This document shows positions 1-10,282 of a stretch of 64,000 nt of DNA, in pieces. How positions within the stretch are numbered: position 1 is the stretch's first letter; the number at the start of each line of letters is the position of its first letter. The notes beneath the pieces were generated by a model. That model was not told the DNA's origin and ran no database searches. It saw only the letters and a program-made list of their open reading frames with translations. Source of the stretch: a bacterium (GTDB taxonomy: Bacteria; Patescibacteriota; Patescibacteriia; UBA9570); NCBI GenBank assembly GCA_030698395.1, contig JAUYKW010000020.1, positions 1,741 to 65,740 of the forward strand. Reading direction: 5' to 3'. The position numbers were made by a program, and so were the translations under genes.

Positions 1-976
1 TAACATCTGGAAGGTATTCTTGATTATTTGAATCTGAAGCCAACATACGATGAGCTTGCAACAACCATAAATTACGATCGATAAAAGATTCATTACCAAT
101 TTGTTCTAGTACAGCCTCTGCTTCTGCAATGCTGCCCATAACTCTTTTATCAACACTATCCAAAAAACGTCTTTTGCCTGGCTGTAAATGTGTAAAAACT
201 GCTTTTAATCCGTTTGTTTGTATGGCTGCTCTTTTTTTTGTAATATAAGCAGATTGTAAATTATCGGCTTCTGTTAGATGTTGTAAAAGATCTCTCGTAT
301 TATTCCAACTCTTTAAAGCATTCGCTTCTTCATCAACCGCATCGTCATCCAACAACTCTGTAATAGGTGCTGGGCCACTAATTTCTTTATTATCCAAACC
401 TAACTCATCTGATAAAATTGCCGCTTCCCATTCTAACCCTCTCTGAAAACGTTCTTGAGCTATGTTATTTGGATCTGCCGCCATATCTATAAGAGTCACA
501 GCTTTTTCATGTGAGTATCTACGTACACTTTGTGCCTCAAGCATATCTGCCTTTAACAACAGCATTTGTTTCATACCAACCTGATCTGGATCACCATCAT
601 CAATATCTGGCATGTGCCGAAAGCTATCTAATGTAACATTAGCTTTTCGTTTGCCATCAATGAACCTCCGCAAAATTTCTCCTCCTTTGACTGGATCCGC
701 GAATAGTCTAATAATAATATTTTCTCTTGTGTCTGCAATCTGCTTTTTAGCATATTCGACATCTACTGGAGCATCAATATCTGTTCTAGAAGATTCTAAC
801 TCAAAAATGGCTCTATTAATTTGAACCAATTCAGCATCAGTTAAACTAATGCCTTCATTGTGAAATAATAATTCAATCCGAGCTACTTGCTCCTGTTTTG
901 CATCCTGCTTTATATCGGTATCACTTTCTGTGCCTAAATCAGGACGTAAAGAATTATTTGTTAATTCATCTACCAT
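1..976 (-). CDS. hypothetical protein, partial (3' end beyond window start); start ATG at 976
   Basis: Uninterrupted minus-strand reading frame from ATG at 974-976 (MVDELTNNSLRPDLG...) to window edge. No recognisable motif. Absent from the ORF track because no stop lies in the window. Confidence 0.5.
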   Translation of the reverse strand, partial: MVDELTNNSLRPDLGTESDTDIKQDAKQEQVARIELLFHNEGISLTDAELVQINRAIFELESSRTDIDAPVDVEYAKKQIADTRENIIIRLFADPVKGGEILRRFIDGKRKANVTLDSFRHMPDIDDGDPDQVGMKQMLLLKADMLEAQSVRRYSHEKAVTLIDMAADPNNIAQERFQRGLEWEAAILSDELGLDNKEISGPAPITELLDDDAVDEEANALKSWNNTRDLLQHLTEADNLQSAYITKKRAAIQTNGLKAVFTHLQPGKRRFLDSVDKRVMGSIAEAEAVLEQIGNESFIDRNLWLLQAHRMLASDSNNQEYLPDV

Positions 977-1061
977 TTTTGTATTCTAGCACATTTTACA
1001 GAATTTGTCAATATATAATAAAAACAACTAGCTTATTACAAGACATAACTTAAACTACGTT

Positions 1062-1583
1062 TTAAAGCTCGTATACGTATATAGAAATATCCTTTGGCGT
1101 TGGTTTATCAACAACTACTGGCGTTAGGCCAGGAAAGGAAAATGTATAGGAAATAATGCGACTACCAGGTTTCAGTTCTTTTACTAATTTATCTTTCAAT
1201 TTATTTTTAATCGTTTTTGGCATGCCAAATACATACACAACATCGGCATCAGAAAAATCTTTATTAAAAATATTTCCTAGTTTGAAATTAATATTCTTGC
1301 GCATCGATAAAGTTTTTCGAACCTTGCAAATAAGATACATGGGCAATGCTAATTCTATGCCAATAGCAGTAATATCATTCCTCTCTCCAGCATAAAGAAC
1401 CACTTTCCCATCTCCACAACCCAAGTCATAAAACGTCTCCCCTGATTTAAAGTTGGCAAGTTTATTTATTCTTTCAAGATCTCGACTCCGCATTGGAACC
1501 CAAGGAGCCAAGGATAATGCGGCAATTGCAAATGAAAATAAAAAAAGAGTAGTAAAAAATAGAATAAGAGTACCAGTCGTCAT
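1062..1583 (-). CDS. class I SAM-dependent methyltransferase, N-terminal membrane anchor
   Basis: N-terminal hydrophobic helix, then motif I DLGCGDG typical of Rossmann-fold SAM methyltransferases. Confidence 0.65.
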   Translation of the reverse strand: MTTGTLILFFTTLFLFSFAIAALSLAPWVPMRSRDLERINKLANFKSGETFYDLGCGDGKVVLYAGERNDITAIGIELALPMYLICKVRKTLSMRKNINFKLGNIFNKDFSDADVVYVFGMPKTIKNKLKDKLVKELKPGSRIISYTFSFPGLTPVVVDKPTPKDISIYVYEL

Positions 1584-1587
1584 AAAA

Positions 1588-4347
1588 CTATACTTGATCT
1601 GCTTTAATTACGCGCACTTCTCCACCAGGCTGAAGTTCAACTATATCACGACGTCCCAATTCTTTACTAAGCAATAATTTAGCAATTGCATCTTGAGTCG
1701 TATCTTGAATTAATCTTCGCAACGGACGTGCTCCAAATATTGGATCATATCCCCGTTTTGCCAAATCACGCAAAGCATCTTCGGTCCATTGTAAAGACAC
1801 ACCCTTTTCTTCTAACTGCTTTGCTAATTTACGCAATAATAAATCACATACCTGCATTAATTCAATCTCACTAAGCGGCGTAAACACAACGATGTCATCA
1901 AATCTATTCAAGAATTCTGGTCGAAATGAATCCTTTAACAAATCCCCCTCGATTAACTGGCGCTTTATCTGCTCACTGTTTTGCCCTTCCTTATATGCAT
2001 TTTGAATCGCATTTGTTCCAGAGTTTGATGTCGCGATTATCATTGCGTTTGTAAAATCATTTACTCTTCCAGTACCATCAGTCAAACGTCCGTCCTCCAT
2101 TACTTGCAAGAATAAATTCAGTACATCGGGATGAGCCTTCTCTAACTCATCTAGTAATACTATTCCAAAAGGAGTGCGCTTTATTGCATCTGTAAGTAAG
2201 CCCGGTTTACCAGCACCACCGATTAGTTTTTGAATACTACCTTGACTATCGTACTCACTCATATCAAACCTCATCATATTTTGCTCATTGCCAAAATATG
2301 TAGCTGCAATAGCTTTTGCAGTTTCTGTTTTACCAACACCAGTTGGCCCAAGAAATAGCAAACTTGAAATAGGACGATTAGCATCTCTAATATCCTGGCT
2401 AGCGCGTCGTAACGATCTAGCAATTGCTACTATAGCTGCATTCTGGCCAATTACCTTATGATGCAAAATTTCTTCAAGATTCAATAATCGCGATGCTTCA
2501 TCATCTGATATTGAACTAACAGCCACATTAGTTTTTTCCGACATTACTTGCTGGATAGCCTGTTTTGTAACTAAAGATTGTGCACCAAGTTTTTCTTTAA
2601 CATATACTGCAGATTCCTCCATAATATCTATTGCTTTTGATGGCAAATGTCGATTCTTAATAAACCTATCACTTAAATTAACACACGCTTCCAAAGCATC
2701 GTAAGTAAAAAATACTTGATGCTTAGCTTCTATGAATGGAGCTCTACCTTCTAAAACAATTATGGCATCAGCTGGTTCCAATTCTGGAATCTGTACTACC
2801 TGGAATCTTCTTAAAAAAGTTTCTTGCGGTTCTATGTACTGCTGAAATTCCTGAGTAGTTGTAGTGCCAATAACTCGCAGATATCCTTGGGATATATAAT
2901 TCATTAAAATTTTACCTATATCAATACTAGAGCCAGTGGATCCTGCGCCTAACAATGTATGAATATCTTCTAGTCCCCAAATTACATTTCCTGCCATAAT
3001 AATGTCACCAATAATTTGCTGCATCCGCAGTTCTATACCGCCAATATCAGACGCACCAGCAATAATTGCACTTGGATCTGTAACAACAAATCTCATATCT
3101 TGTAATTCCTTCGGCACATCCTCAGCACTCATCAAACGAGCAATGCCCTGTAAAATAGTACTTTTACCAACACCGGAAGGTCCTACTAATAAAACGCTAT
3201 TTGTGCTCTGTTGCAAAACTCTGAAAGCTTCTTCTATTTCTTTACTACGTCCTATTGGTGGCAAATAACCATTAGCCTTTGCAACTGCTGTAAAATCTTG
3301 AGACACTGCATCCAATTTATCAGTTGGTCTTGCTGTCATCGCTCTATTCATAATGCCCTTTGGCTTACTTCTGGACATCTTCTTTCGATTTTTTTCTTTT
3401 TCAATAATATCCTCAACTAAGTTGCTCCAATAAACTAAATTACGAACTTTATTAATATCAACAGATCGATCATAAAAAGCATCCTCAATTAATTTATTGC
3501 TCAATATACATCCCACCATTAATTCTACTTGGGCAACCGCTGGTCTTTCATTTATTCTAGCCTCGCTATATGCGTACATTAATGTTTTTACAAAATCCGC
3601 ACCTCTACTTACTTCCGTAGATGCAGAAGCCTGCTCTTGCATTTTAATTGCGATTCTTCCCAGTGCATCTATAAGATCGTTCAGATCTATCTCTAACCTC
3701 AATAATACAGATCTTAATTCCGTAGATTCTGCCATGCTTATTAATAAATGAATAGGTCGTACTTCTGTATGCCCCAACTGAGCAGCTTTAGTAAAAGATT
3801 TATCAAGAGCTATTAATGCATCAGGTTTAAAATATTTCGAAATTTCTATTTTTTGCTTACTCGACATCCCTTTCCAATAATTCCAATCCCCTACATCACC
3901 AGTAATTGATACGTTAGCTAAAATATTTTCGCGTAAAATTGTGGGCGCTGGTTTACGATGTCTCTCAATTCGGTAATATAGTAAAATATCGTTTATTATA
4001 GTTAACCAAAATAACAACATTAGTCCAGATTGATCTCCAAAAACTCCGTAAAAATATTTCTCAGTTTGATAAAAATTAAACATGGCCACAACCAAAGCGA
4101 TTATGCCAGCTACTGCAATTATTAAAAGTACTGTATCGATTAATCTATCAAAAAACTTTTCTATTTTTTTTTGTTTAACCCTATCTACGCTAATTTCCTT
4201 ATCCCAATATATTGAATCATTTTCAATAAAACCAAAAGTACTTTGATCGCCCTCGCAAAGAGTACAGCTAACATGTTTTCCACTAGGAGTTATATTAAAT
4301 CCATAACCATGACATTGCGGACAATCAATAAAACTTACTACCCCCAT
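1588..4347 (-). CDS. Clp/Hsp100 AAA+ ATPase (ClpA/ClpC-like, two AAA modules) with N-terminal zinc ribbon and two TM helices
   Basis: CPQCHG...CTLCEG Cys4 ribbon, two hydrophobic helices, Clp_N-like repeats. D1 Walker A LLVGPSGVGKST, D2 Walker A LFLGPTGVGKTETAKAIA, sensor-2 GARPLRRLIQ. No long M-domain coiled coil, so ClpA/C-like rather than ClpB. Confidence 0.8.
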   Translation of the reverse strand: MGVVSFIDCPQCHGYGFNITPSGKHVSCTLCEGDQSTFGFIENDSIYWDKEISVDRVKQKKIEKFFDRLIDTVLLIIAVAGIIALVVAMFNFYQTEKYFYGVFGDQSGLMLLFWLTIINDILLYYRIERHRKPAPTILRENILANVSITGDVGDWNYWKGMSSKQKIEISKYFKPDALIALDKSFTKAAQLGHTEVRPIHLLISMAESTELRSVLLRLEIDLNDLIDALGRIAIKMQEQASASTEVSRGADFVKTLMYAYSEARINERPAVAQVELMVGCILSNKLIEDAFYDRSVDINKVRNLVYWSNLVEDIIEKEKNRKKMSRSKPKGIMNRAMTARPTDKLDAVSQDFTAVAKANGYLPPIGRSKEIEEAFRVLQQSTNSVLLVGPSGVGKSTILQGIARLMSAEDVPKELQDMRFVVTDPSAIIAGASDIGGIELRMQQIIGDIIMAGNVIWGLEDIHTLLGAGSTGSSIDIGKILMNYISQGYLRVIGTTTTQEFQQYIEPQETFLRRFQVVQIPELEPADAIIVLEGRAPFIEAKHQVFFTYDALEACVNLSDRFIKNRHLPSKAIDIMEESAVYVKEKLGAQSLVTKQAIQQVMSEKTNVAVSSISDDEASRLLNLEEILHHKVIGQNAAIVAIARSLRRASQDIRDANRPISSLLFLGPTGVGKTETAKAIAATYFGNEQNMMRFDMSEYDSQGSIQKLIGGAGKPGLLTDAIKRTPFGIVLLDELEKAHPDVLNLFLQVMEDGRLTDGTGRVNDFTNAMIIATSNSGTNAIQNAYKEGQNSEQIKRQLIEGDLLKDSFRPEFLNRFDDIVVFTPLSEIELMQVCDLLLRKLAKQLEEKGVSLQWTEDALRDLAKRGYDPIFGARPLRRLIQDTTQDAIAKLLLSKELGRRDIVELQPGGEVRVIKADQV

Positions 4348-4733
4348 AGTATTTCGTAAAAGTTAAACTGAATAATTCCTATTTGAAACGCAATGTTATA
4401 CAAAATAAATATAGGAAACAACAACCATGCTATAAGTACTAATACCAAAAATAACATATAAACAAACGCTGCAAAAGATAAAACAACAAATTGTACTATC
4501 CGCACAACTATACTAATTGCTCGACTCGCAAAGTCTGTGTAACCATACATCGGTGCAAATAAATACTTACGCAGAGTTCCTAAATTTAGATTTCTAATTA
4601 AATCTTTAGCTGCACTTAATAATGCCTTTTGAATTTTGCCCCTGCCACTCCCATACCACCATGGCATAAAAAACAGAACACTCTTTGCGGTGTCTAAGCC
4701 AATAAATGTAATTGCACGTCTAAGTACTTGCAT
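4338..4733 (-). CDS. hypothetical membrane protein
   Basis: Two long hydrophobic segments. 10-bp overlap with the upstream Clp gene in the same orientation. Confidence 0.45.
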   Translation of the reverse strand: MQVLRRAITFIGLDTAKSVLFFMPWWYGSGRGKIQKALLSAAKDLIRNLNLGTLRKYLFAPMYGYTDFASRAISIVVRIVQFVVLSFAAFVYMLFLVLVLIAWLLFPIFILYNIAFQIGIIQFNFYEILWG

Positions 4734-4756
4734 TACGCTAAATTATACCACAAATA

Positions 4757-5131
4757 TTACTCAAAATGAAGATATGGACCAAACGCAAATAAACAGATAA
4801 AAGCTACCAGAAAAAAACCACTCAACAACACATTCCAGCCAAATAGAAGAAAAGAAAGTAATCCAAATATAGTAATAATGGTTGCAAATATCCATGAAAT
4901 TGACTCCCGACGAAACACCCATTTAAAGAGTGCTCCCAAAATAACCAATCCAAAGGTTAGGCCAACAAATATATAAATCAAAATTAAGGCTTTATCTGAT
5001 GCAAATGGAGTCGTATACTGTAACGCCAAAGCAAGAACAGTCATTGCAATATTTATAGATAAAGTAACACCCCAAAGAATGTAAGAGGATGTCATGTCTC
5101 GATGATTGATGATTGTATCCGACTTGGCCAT
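4757..5131 (-). CDS. hypothetical polytopic membrane protein
   Basis: About 4 hydrophobic helices, same strand as neighbours. Confidence 0.45.
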   Translation of the reverse strand: MAKSDTIINHRDMTSSYILWGVTLSINIAMTVLALALQYTTPFASDKALILIYIFVGLTFGLVILGALFKWVFRRESISWIFATIITIFGLLSFLLFGWNVLLSGFFLVAFICLFAFGPYLHFE

Positions 5132-5152
5132 TTAATGTTTATCCGCCTTAAC

Positions 5153-5503
5153 TTAGATACAAGTAAATGCCATAGAAATCATCTTAATTAAATAAGTAAT
5201 CATTCCACACATAAGAAAAGTAATAAATACAACTAGTGCAACGTGTTTCTTATGATGCTCATACAAGTTATATGCTTCCAACATCAATGCAATAAAAACT
5301 ATACCAACGCCATAATATCCGATAACGGCAATTGCTCCGAATAATTCATCAGCACAAATCTGAGTAAAAGCAGGAAAAATTAACATGCCAAAAACTACAC
5401 TTACCACAATAGTTCCAACAAATGCTAAGAATATTGGTAATACAGGATGTAAACCATGTCTTGTTTGATGATGCTCACGCCTTTTATGTAAAAGCTCTTT
5501 CAT
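5153..5503 (-). CDS. hypothetical membrane protein
   Basis: Three hydrophobic helices, co-oriented with neighbours. Confidence 0.45.
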   Translation of the reverse strand: MKELLHKRREHHQTRHGLHPVLPIFLAFVGTIVVSVVFGMLIFPAFTQICADELFGAIAVIGYYGVGIVFIALMLEAYNLYEHHKKHVALVVFITFLMCGMITYLIKMISMAFTCI

Positions 5504-5524
5504 AAACTTAATTATAGTCTCTTT

Positions 5525-6337
5525 TTAAGGAAGATACAACACTGATGGTACAACAGCAGAAGAATTTTCATAAACAATATCAGCGCCTAAAATCGAGATT
5601 CCAGTTGACGTGCCACCATCTAAATTTAATGCTGTTGTAACAGGAATGTCTAAATCCTCTAAAATTAAATCATCCACGTCCTGCAAAGTCACCATGCCAG
5701 TTTCCGCAATTATTAAATACATCAAACCATCCTCATCCATGGCCACTACAGAGCGTTGCGCAATATCATCAGAGCTATCATCTACTAATGCTACTGCATT
5801 ACTAATTAACATTGGATAAGATTGAATGCTATATTCATAATCTTTGATAGCCATATCTTGAGTAGCTGCGATTATCCACCTCTTTCCATCAGTAGTAGAC
5901 GCTTTTGCTGTTTTTCCAGACAATAACGGACCATTAACTTTTCCCTCTACTATAGTTTGAGTTGTTAAATTAAATTCTTCATCAAAAAAAGAAGCATTAA
6001 TAACAACAGTTGCTCCTAACTTAGATCTCCATTCGCTGACAGTAAGTGGATTATCTGTATCAACCGCGATTTGTAAATTATTATTTGCAGGACTAAATTT
6101 AACAATACTAAATAATTCTGATCCTAAAGCTGCATCTGCTTGCATTTGTTTAAATTCAACTCCCTCGGATATTTGTGTCCATTCTTTATATTTAAAATTA
6201 TCAGTTTTAGAAACTGCTTTATCTCCAGAAGTTGTAAGATCGAAGTCTAATTGTGAAGTTGAACAGCTAGAACCAATAGTGACTAAACAGACTACTACTA
6301 TGAAAGATACCGTAACTTTTTGTATAATTGATTCCAT
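5525..6337 (-). CDS. secreted/lipoprotein, possibly phosphodiester glycosidase (NAGPA/DUF2233-like)
   Basis: Signal peptide with lipobox-like Cys (LVTIGSSCS). C-terminal NLDGGTSTG resembles the DGGGS motif of phosphodiester glycosidase family; weak. Confidence 0.4.
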   Translation of the reverse strand: MESIIQKVTVSFIVVVCLVTIGSSCSTSQLDFDLTTSGDKAVSKTDNFKYKEWTQISEGVEFKQMQADAALGSELFSIVKFSPANNNLQIAVDTDNPLTVSEWRSKLGATVVINASFFDEEFNLTTQTIVEGKVNGPLLSGKTAKASTTDGKRWIIAATQDMAIKDYEYSIQSYPMLISNAVALVDDSSDDIAQRSVVAMDEDGLMYLIIAETGMVTLQDVDDLILEDLDIPVTTALNLDGGTSTGISILGADIVYENSSAVVPSVLYLP

Positions 6338-6354
6338 TTTAGAGAGTCAGATTA

Positions 6355-7071
6355 TCACGAATACTGACTAGTGACAAACTGAATTAAATCACCATATCTT
6401 TTTAACCAATTTTTAGAAATCGTAGCATTGTCTGTATGCTGATTAACTAACTTCCAAAAACTTTTAGAGTGATTCAAATGATTTATATGTGATAATTCAT
6501 GAATAACGACATAATCTTGCGCATAAATTGGAGCACACATTAATTTCCAATTCATGCTGATACTCCCCTGTTGCGAACAACTCCCCCACATTGTTTTTTG
6601 TCCCCGAATTGATAAACGTCGATATTTGACGTTCATTTGTTCACTGTAATTATCTAGCTTTTGTTTAAGGTTATCTCTGGCAGTTCTTTTTATCCATGAA
6701 AAATATAATTTTTTTATATCCCGTGTTGCAATACTTTGATTTGATATATTAACAACATTATCTATAATTTCAATTTTTCTTGTACCTGTTGAAATATTTA
6801 ACTCATGTGGCAAGCCATGCAATATTGTATTTCCATAATGCTGAAACTTATATTTGGCAAATTGCTTTTGTTGAGGCTCAATTTTTTTTAACTGCTGCTT
6901 TATCCAGGAATTATATTTCCGCAACATCTTTTTTACATATTTATCAGATAATTGACGAGGCATAATAATGCTCAACCCATCAACTGGACTAATAGAAAAA
7001 GACAACCTCTTTGCCCTAGGATTTAAAACTACTTTATAAGAATATTCACTTTCCATGTTAAGCATAATCAA
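6355..7071 (-). CDS. YgjP-like M48-family metal-dependent hydrolase (DUF45/SprT-like)
   Basis: C-terminal HELSHINHLNHSKSFW matches the DUF45 HExxH...NHSxxFW signature. Confidence 0.75.
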   Translation of the reverse strand: MIMLNMESEYSYKVVLNPRAKRLSFSISPVDGLSIIMPRQLSDKYVKKMLRKYNSWIKQQLKKIEPQQKQFAKYKFQHYGNTILHGLPHELNISTGTRKIEIIDNVVNISNQSIATRDIKKLYFSWIKRTARDNLKQKLDNYSEQMNVKYRRLSIRGQKTMWGSCSQQGSISMNWKLMCAPIYAQDYVVIHELSHINHLNHSKSFWKLVNQHTDNATISKNWLKRYGDLIQFVTSQYS

Positions 7072-8179
7072 TCGCTTCCCGTATTTCTGCCATCATTTGC
7101 ACATAAAAACTCAAATTATGAATTGATGTAAGTTTCTTTGCTAAAGGATCGTCTATAGTAAAAAGATGACGAATATAAGCCCGGGAATATCCAGAAGCAC
7201 AAGTATAACATTCACAAAAAGGATCTAAAGCTAATTCTGATAAATCATGTATAGCACCTTTTATTGTAATTTTCTCATAATAAATTTCTGATAAATCCTG
7301 AGCTACTAAACCATCTTGTTGAGTTCGTATATATACTTGGCCATGGCGAGCATTCCTAGTTGGTAAAACACAATCAAACATGTCTACACCCCTTTTTACA
7401 GCTTCTAAGACCTGCTCTGGTTGACCAACACCCATCAGATATCTTGGTTTATTGGTTGGTAACTCAGGAACCACATTATCTAAAACTTCATACATAATTT
7501 CTGGCGGTTCTCCAACCGCAAGGCCTCCAATTGCATAACCATCAAAATCAACTGCCAACAATTGTTGAGCACTACTTTTACGTAAATCTTTATAACTTGA
7601 TCCCTGGACGATTCCAAAGAGCAAAGACCTCACGGATTTGGATCGTTTCTGCATCACCATATCGTGCCATTGTTTACATCGTAATGCCCAAGCCGTTGTT
7701 AAATATACTGATTTTTTTGCAACATCATAGTCTGCAGGATAGCCAGGAAAATAATCAAAACACATCCTAATATCAGAACCTATAGCATCTTGAATTTCCA
7801 TAGACAACTCTGGAGTAAAAAAAGTTTCTTTACCATCAATGTGAGAATTAAAAACAACACCATCATCAGTTAACTTACGCAATCGTGCCAAACTAAATAC
7901 TTGAAAACCACCGGAATCTGTCAAAATGGGTTTTTGCCAATTCATCAACTTATGTAAATGTCCAAATGAGTTTAATTTTTCAATACCAGGACGTAAATAC
8001 AAATGGTATGCATTTGATAGTAATATCTGATTTCCAAGTTGTTTAAAATCTGAATTATCTAAATACTTTACAGCACCTTTAGTAGCTATCGGCATAAAAA
8101 AAGGTGTTTCAATATCACCGTGTGCAGTACGCAAAGTTCCTCTCCTGGCACCTCCCAGTTCGGCTTTTAAATTAAACAT
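7058..8179 (-). CDS. tgt: queuine tRNA-ribosyltransferase
   Basis: MFNLKAELGGARRGTLRTAHGDIETPFFMP N-terminus, VLPTRNARHGQ, and zinc-site Cys/His at the C-terminus (CECYTC...H). Confidence 0.9.
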   Translation of the reverse strand: MFNLKAELGGARRGTLRTAHGDIETPFFMPIATKGAVKYLDNSDFKQLGNQILLSNAYHLYLRPGIEKLNSFGHLHKLMNWQKPILTDSGGFQVFSLARLRKLTDDGVVFNSHIDGKETFFTPELSMEIQDAIGSDIRMCFDYFPGYPADYDVAKKSVYLTTAWALRCKQWHDMVMQKRSKSVRSLLFGIVQGSSYKDLRKSSAQQLLAVDFDGYAIGGLAVGEPPEIMYEVLDNVVPELPTNKPRYLMGVGQPEQVLEAVKRGVDMFDCVLPTRNARHGQVYIRTQQDGLVAQDLSEIYYEKITIKGAIHDLSELALDPFCECYTCASGYSRAYIRHLFTIDDPLAKKLTSIHNLSFYVQMMAEIREAIDYA

Positions 8180-8184
8180 GACGT

Positions 8185-10275
8185 TTATGGTTTTTTTACA
8201 ACTACGCCATCATCGGTTACTCCCGGATCCGTTATCAAATGGCTAGTTACTTTATTTGCCTGAGCTTGAATGGCTTCATTACTATTTGCATCAATTGCTG
8301 AAAGTATAGATTCATTTGTTAAAACTAATAATTTTCCAACATCCTGACTGGTAGGTGTAACTGAAACTATAAAATCAATTTCCCGTATTTGATTAGCTTT
8401 CATTGATTTAAAATCTAACGTTACAGTAGAACTAGCAACATCATAACTAACACGATCATCACTTGAACCTATGTATAGTACACCATCTGGCAAAGTAGTC
8501 TTAACCTCTAAATTATCCATATCTCCCCCACTGGATTCAATATACCAACGAATTACAAATTCTGTTGTATTACCAACTTGAGGTGGTAATGGACCAGTTC
8601 CTAACTTGGTTAAATCATCATCATAATATCTACCCACCGCACTAATCTGTACATTACCCTGTAATCTCGTAATAGCTTCGCTAGTCTGCTCAAACTCTAC
8701 ATCTCCACCATTTACTTGAGCATTTATAACACTAAGAGTTGCTTTAATATCTGTTGTTTCGTCTGTATAAGCCTGTCTTAAAGTGCTGTTATATGTTAAT
8801 TGTTTACTTTCTCCAGGTGCAAGTAGCTCAATAGTATCTAACTCAACCTCCGATCCATCTAACAATTCACCATCAAATTTCAACCTCAATTCTAGATTTT
8901 CAATGGTAGCTTCTGATGTGTTCTGCACTTCAATCGCATACTCTAAATTATCTCCTGGTTGTGCGAACTCGGGAGCCATTAACTGCATTGATAATTCTGG
9001 GTTTACAACTTCAATTTCATTACTTGCCTCAGCCTGCACATTAAAGAAACCATCAGGCTCTTGGATGCCTACTTGTAAAACAAAATTCTGAATTGTACCG
9101 CCATCTCCAGTTACTTCACCATTAACTTTTACTTCATTACTTTCTCCCGGAGCTAACTCTGATACCAACCATGTATGATTTCCTTGATCGGCAGATGGAC
9201 TTGCTGAAACAGGCCGGAATCCAGTCGGATAAACTAACAGAGCCTTTAAATTAACCAATGAAAAAGCTGATGTGTTTGTAAAGGTGTAAACATACTGAAT
9301 CGCTTCACCCGTATGCGCTCTCTCTTGGACATTTACCTCTACTTGAATAATTGATTCATCTAGTAAAACCGAAGTATGTTCTGATACTTGAAAATCAGAT
9401 GTAAAATTAGCCGGCGTATATGTTAATAAAGATGTAAAATCTTTAGTTTCATCTTTTTGCCCAACAATTTGCCCAATAACACTAATAGTACCTTTGCTTC
9501 CACTAGGAACGTTAGTGATTGTCCATTTATTAGAACTTGCATCAACTGGTTGTGGATCTGAAGATCTAAAATAAAATCCCTGTGGATAAAGAACTTCAAT
9601 CGTGCCTTCCTCAATAGTTGAATTGCTACTATTTTCATAAACTATCTCTAATTCTATCTGGTCCCCGGATGCAATAGTTTCTACAGTTGAAATACTCAAA
9701 GAAACTTTACCTTGTTCAACGTCAACTCGATTAGCACCAAATATTAAATATCCCAGTCCAGCTGCTACTGCAGATAAAACAATAATGACAATTGCAAAAA
9801 TTGTTACTAAATTCTTCCGACTAGATCCTCTATCTAAAGTAGTCATGTCGATATCTGATTCACCAGGCTCAGATTTGTATAAATTTACAAAGTCATCTGT
9901 GCCATTCTCCTCATCATCATCTTTATCAACGTCTTCATCTGAATCTTCTTCATCATCCACATCCATATCATCGTCTATGTTCTTTGTGTCTTCCTCGTCA
10001 TTTTCTATTTCATCAACAATCTCATCAATAGATTCAGTCTCTAATTCTTCAGTAACTGTTTCAGTTAGTAGCTCCTCATCAAGTGTTTCATCAATCTCTT
10101 CTTCCTCAAGTTCTAGCTTTGGTTTTACTGCTGATTTTGATTGTTTTGATTTGATATTCTTACTAGTTCTTTTAGTAGATGTTGCCTTTTTACGTTTAAT
10201 AGACTGCTTCTCTTTAGCACTTTTGTTATCAACGCTTTTTTCAACCTTTGATTCTTTCTTTTCTTCTTTAGACAT
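8185..10275 (-). CDS. membrane-anchored protein with highly charged N-terminal tail (K-rich then D/E-rich) and repeated beta-sandwich-like extracellular domains
   Basis: Residues 1-55 Lys-rich, 56-130 Asp/Glu-rich low complexity, one TM helix (IFAIVIIVLSAVAAGLGYLIF), then ~500 aa of repetitive T/S/V/E-rich domains. Confidence 0.5.
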   Translation of the reverse strand: MSKEEKKESKVEKSVDNKSAKEKQSIKRKKATSTKRTSKNIKSKQSKSAVKPKLELEEEEIDETLDEELLTETVTEELETESIDEIVDEIENDEEDTKNIDDDMDVDDEEDSDEDVDKDDDEENGTDDFVNLYKSEPGESDIDMTTLDRGSSRKNLVTIFAIVIIVLSAVAAGLGYLIFGANRVDVEQGKVSLSISTVETIASGDQIELEIVYENSSNSTIEEGTIEVLYPQGFYFRSSDPQPVDASSNKWTITNVPSGSKGTISVIGQIVGQKDETKDFTSLLTYTPANFTSDFQVSEHTSVLLDESIIQVEVNVQERAHTGEAIQYVYTFTNTSAFSLVNLKALLVYPTGFRPVSASPSADQGNHTWLVSELAPGESNEVKVNGEVTGDGGTIQNFVLQVGIQEPDGFFNVQAEASNEIEVVNPELSMQLMAPEFAQPGDNLEYAIEVQNTSEATIENLELRLKFDGELLDGSEVELDTIELLAPGESKQLTYNSTLRQAYTDETTDIKATLSVINAQVNGGDVEFEQTSEAITRLQGNVQISAVGRYYDDDLTKLGTGPLPPQVGNTTEFVIRWYIESSGGDMDNLEVKTTLPDGVLYIGSSDDRVSYDVASSTVTLDFKSMKANQIREIDFIVSVTPTSQDVGKLLVLTNESILSAIDANSNEAIQAQANKVTSHLITDPGVTDDGVVVKKP

Positions 10276-10282
10276 GCAGAAA

